Made by a program: the position numbers and the translations under genes
Source: a virus
Taxonomy: Duplodnaviria > Caudoviricetes
Strand: one strand, 5' to 3'
IMG/VR virus record: IMGVR_UViG_3300005581_000015
Location: 1-59,090 of that record
Length of the DNA stretch: 59,090 nt
In this document: positions 56,569-59,090 of the stretch, one piece after another
How positions within the stretch are numbered: position 1 is the first letter of the stretch
Layout of the letters: each line of letters opens with the position of its first letter
Notes under the pieces: model-generated
What the model saw: the letters and a program-made list of their open reading frames with translations, nothing else
Database searches by the model: none
What the model was told of the DNA's origin: nothing

Positions 56569-57564
56569 ATGATCGATCTGGCATCCTACCTACCTGCAAA
56601 AAGAAAACATACCCCATCGGGATGGATGAGTTTCAATGCGGTTTGTTGCACACACAATGGCAACAATTTGGACAAGCGGCAACGTGGTGGTATCAAGTTG
56701 TCAGACCAAGGTTGGAGTTACCATTGCTTTAACTGTGGATACACTGCTAGTTTTATTTTAGGTCGCACTCTGAGCTTTAAAGCTCGAAAGCTATTAAGTT
56801 GGATGGGGGTGCCGGATCACGAAATTGACATGGCTAATCTTGAAAGCCTAAGACACAAAAGCATACATGGCATTCTTGATGAACGACAACAAACGTTCAA
56901 TGCATTGGCTGCAATTGAGTTTGGAGACGCTGATGATTTACCTCCTTTTAGTGAAGTCGTCACAGAAGACTATCCTTATTATTGGAAATATATTCGCCAG
57001 AGACATGTCCCAGAAGATTTTCCTATACTAACTGCAATTAAAAATGATGGTGTTCATTGGGTTAGACCTTTTGTGCTGGTACCGTTTACATATGACAACA
57101 AGGTAGTGGGCTGGACTGCTAGATTTTTAGATAATAAACTACCCAAGTATATTAATCATTCGCAACCGGGGTATGTATTTGGCACAGACTTACAACAATC
57201 AAACTGGGAACATGTTCTGGTGATGGAAGGCATTTTTGACGCACTCAGTATTGGCGGCCTTGCAGTTATGCACAACACTGTCAGCGACAGTCAAGCTAGA
57301 TTAATACGTAGTTTAGGCAAACAGGTAACTGTTGTGCCTGACCAGGACAAAGCAGGATTAGAATTAATTGATCGTGCTGTAGAACTAGGATGGGCAGTAA
57401 GTATACCCACCTGGCCAGAACATATTAAAGATGTAAACGATGCTGTAATAGCATATGGTAGGTTGGGTGCATTATTAACTATAATGCAGGCAAGGGAGAC
57501 CAGTAGAATTAAAATAGAAATGCACAAGAAAAAACTCATCAAGACATTGGCATTAAAAAAATGA
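56569..57564 (+). CDS. DNA primase (T4 gp61-like)
   Basis: Zinc-binding CC.H...YHCFNC, GWTAR, and TOPRIM VMEGIFDA, PDQD.AG and KDVND motifs. Confidence 0.9.
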   Translation: MIDLASYLPAKRKHTPSGWMSFNAVCCTHNGNNLDKRQRGGIKLSDQGWSYHCFNCGYTASFILGRTLSFKARKLLSWMGVPDHEIDMANLESLRHKSIHGILDERQQTFNALAAIEFGDADDLPPFSEVVTEDYPYYWKYIRQRHVPEDFPILTAIKNDGVHWVRPFVLVPFTYDNKVVGWTARFLDNKLPKYINHSQPGYVFGTDLQQSNWEHVLVMEGIFDALSIGGLAVMHNTVSDSQARLIRSLGKQVTVVPDQDKAGLELIDRAVELGWAVSIPTWPEHIKDVNDAVIAYGRLGALLTIMQARETSRIKIEMHKKKLIKTLALKK

Positions 57565-58670
57565 GCACCGATATAGATTGTCCGTATTATCATCATGGAT
57601 TGTTTATAGGATCAACTCCCAATGGTCAAACTCAGATGTCTATGTGTTGTTGGCAATCTAAAACAACAGTAGACAATGCTGTAACATTTGATCATGTGTA
57701 TCTTGAATCCATTAGAACACAATCAACCACACAAATACCCAAAGAATGTTCACAGTATTGTAGTATGCCAGGGCATGTAGCCAACGAACGTGAGAGGGCC
57801 ACGGTTGAATGGGCAACTCTATTTAAAAATATTCCGCCTGGCGCAATAAAAACTCTACATCTAGAACAATCACTGACTTGTAATTTAACTTGTATTAGCT
57901 GTAGTTCTAATTACAGCACAGCCTGGAATCGCGATTATCATCGGTTTGATAGTACATTTCCGCGCATACAACTGGCAAAGTTCCCAGAAGAAAAATGGCG
58001 AGACCTTGACTTACAACATTTAGAAAAATTACACTTTACTGGTGGCGAGCCGTTGCTTAATCGTGACAATAAAAAAATATTACAGCATCTATTAGACATT
58101 GGGCGCCTGGGCAACGTTATGTTGTCCTACAATACAAATGGTACAGTGTTTCCAGACCAAGAAACACTAGACCTGTGGAGCAAGTGTAGGTTTGTTAGAT
58201 TATTTTTTAGCCTTGACGGAGTAGATTCAGTATTTGAGTATACACGGTACCCAGCTAAATGGAATGAAGTAGAATCAAACATTCAACAATTTCGAGCGTT
58301 GACTTCAACTTGTGTATTAATTGAAGTAAATGCAATTGTTGGAATACATAACATATTTGGATTACCAGAATTTTTTAACTGGTGGGAAAATAATTGCCAG
58401 TCAGGTAGTCAAGGTGACCCCAGTTCAATATTTGTTCGTACAATCAATGGTTGGAGCCACGGTGGTCGGGTGCTAGATTTAGCTAGTTTGTCCAATGAAC
58501 AAGCAAACAAGGCCGTGAGTATGTTACAATCACTAAACAAATATCCAGGCGTTCCAGACCTAATAAATTATATAACAACTCATAACCGCCCCAACAAAGA
58601 TTGGGTGACATACTTGGATACACTAGACAGTATCCGCGGAACAAACTGGAAAAAGGATTTACCTTGTTAA
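57561..58670 (+). CDS. Radical SAM protein with N-terminal Cys cluster
   Basis: CPY, MCCW and CSQYC; CNLTCISC, FTGGEPLL, YNTNG, FSLDG and YTRYPAKW motifs. Confidence 0.9.
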   Translation: MSTDIDCPYYHHGLFIGSTPNGQTQMSMCCWQSKTTVDNAVTFDHVYLESIRTQSTTQIPKECSQYCSMPGHVANERERATVEWATLFKNIPPGAIKTLHLEQSLTCNLTCISCSSNYSTAWNRDYHRFDSTFPRIQLAKFPEEKWRDLDLQHLEKLHFTGGEPLLNRDNKKILQHLLDIGRLGNVMLSYNTNGTVFPDQETLDLWSKCRFVRLFFSLDGVDSVFEYTRYPAKWNEVESNIQQFRALTSTCVLIEVNAIVGIHNIFGLPEFFNWWENNCQSGSQGDPSSIFVRTINGWSHGGRVLDLASLSNEQANKAVSMLQSLNKYPGVPDLINYITTHNRPNKDWVTYLDTLDSIRGTNWKKDLPC

Positions 58671-59090
58671 AAGAATATAACACAGATGTACAAAAACTAT
58701 TTCTGGAGATGATGCTCGAGGACGCACAAAGCTATGTGCGAGTGCAAAATATCTACAATCCAGAAAACTTTGATAAAAGTTTGCGCACGGCTGCGCAGTT
58801 TATTAAAGAGCACAGTGACAAGTACAACACACTGCCAGACAAAACGCAGATTGCTGCCGCATGTAATATATCATTGCAAAGTGTGCCTGACTTGAATGAA
58901 GGGCATTACGAGTGGTTCATGCAGGAGTTTGAGGGATTTACAAAACGCCAGGAGCTTGAACGTGCCATTTTAAAAGCAGCCGACTTGTTGGAAAAGGGCG
59001 AGTTTGATCCAGTAGAAAAACTGATCAAAGACGCTGTGCAAATTAGTTTGACCAAGGACATGGGCACAGACTACTTTGCTGATCCCAAAG
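58664..59090 (+). CDS. Replicative helicase (T4 gp41/DnaB-like), N-terminal part truncated by the window
   Basis: TTG start after AAGGA; open frame LKEYNTDVQKLFLEMML...RVQNIYNPENFD...LERAILKAADLL...MGTDYF running to the window end; typical primase-helicase order. Confidence 0.65.
   Translation, partial: MLKEYNTDVQKLFLEMMLEDAQSYVRVQNIYNPENFDKSLRTAAQFIKEHSDKYNTLPDKTQIAAACNISLQSVPDLNEGHYEWFMQEFEGFTKRQELERAILKAADLLEKGEFDPVEKLIKDAVQISLTKDMGTDYFADPK

Noticed and set aside
1-59090. Stop-codon reassignment (TAG is rare as a stop)
   Set aside because: Core genes are full-length under code 11, TGA and TAA both terminate genes, and TAG ends ORF 55074-55448.
1-59090. tRNA genes or CRISPR arrays
   Set aside because: Intergenic gaps are short; no cloverleaf with a T-loop consensus or regularly spaced repeats was found by eye.

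Overview
This window is a segment of a large T4-like (contractile-tailed) dsDNA phage genome read in the standard genetic code. No tRNA, rRNA, CRISPR array or integrase was seen. Gene order: tail-fibre/LamG genes; an inverted NUDIX-gp15-gp14 block; early-promoter cassettes; gp13, exonuclease, dNMP kinase; tail sheath and tube; gp4 and a probable TerS; a cluster of putative internal head proteins carrying T4-like capsid-targeting sequences; a secreted SNase; a structured non-coding element; TerL; a large modular protein; gp32, UvsX and UvsY; a ~15 kb glycan-biosynthesis island (kdsA, metK, four KpsS/KpsC-like domains, several glycosyltransferases and methyltransferases, kinase plus nucleotidyltransferase-HAD); an AAA ATPase, UvsW, a gp62-like protein, a ~190 aa DnaE-like core, primase and the start of the replicative helicase. 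Three radical SAM/SPASM genes and three sulfotransferase-like genes are wedged between core genes. The most striking candidates are (i) protease-cleavable virion polyproteins whose modules include an internal twin-arginine (Tat) signal and an FtsZ C-terminal-peptide look-alike, (ii) a phage-encoded Kdo-linked, methylated glycan pathway, (iii) a pseudoknotted RNA in front of terL and (iv) the minimal family-C polymerase. All functional calls come from motif recognition by eye; no searches were run.
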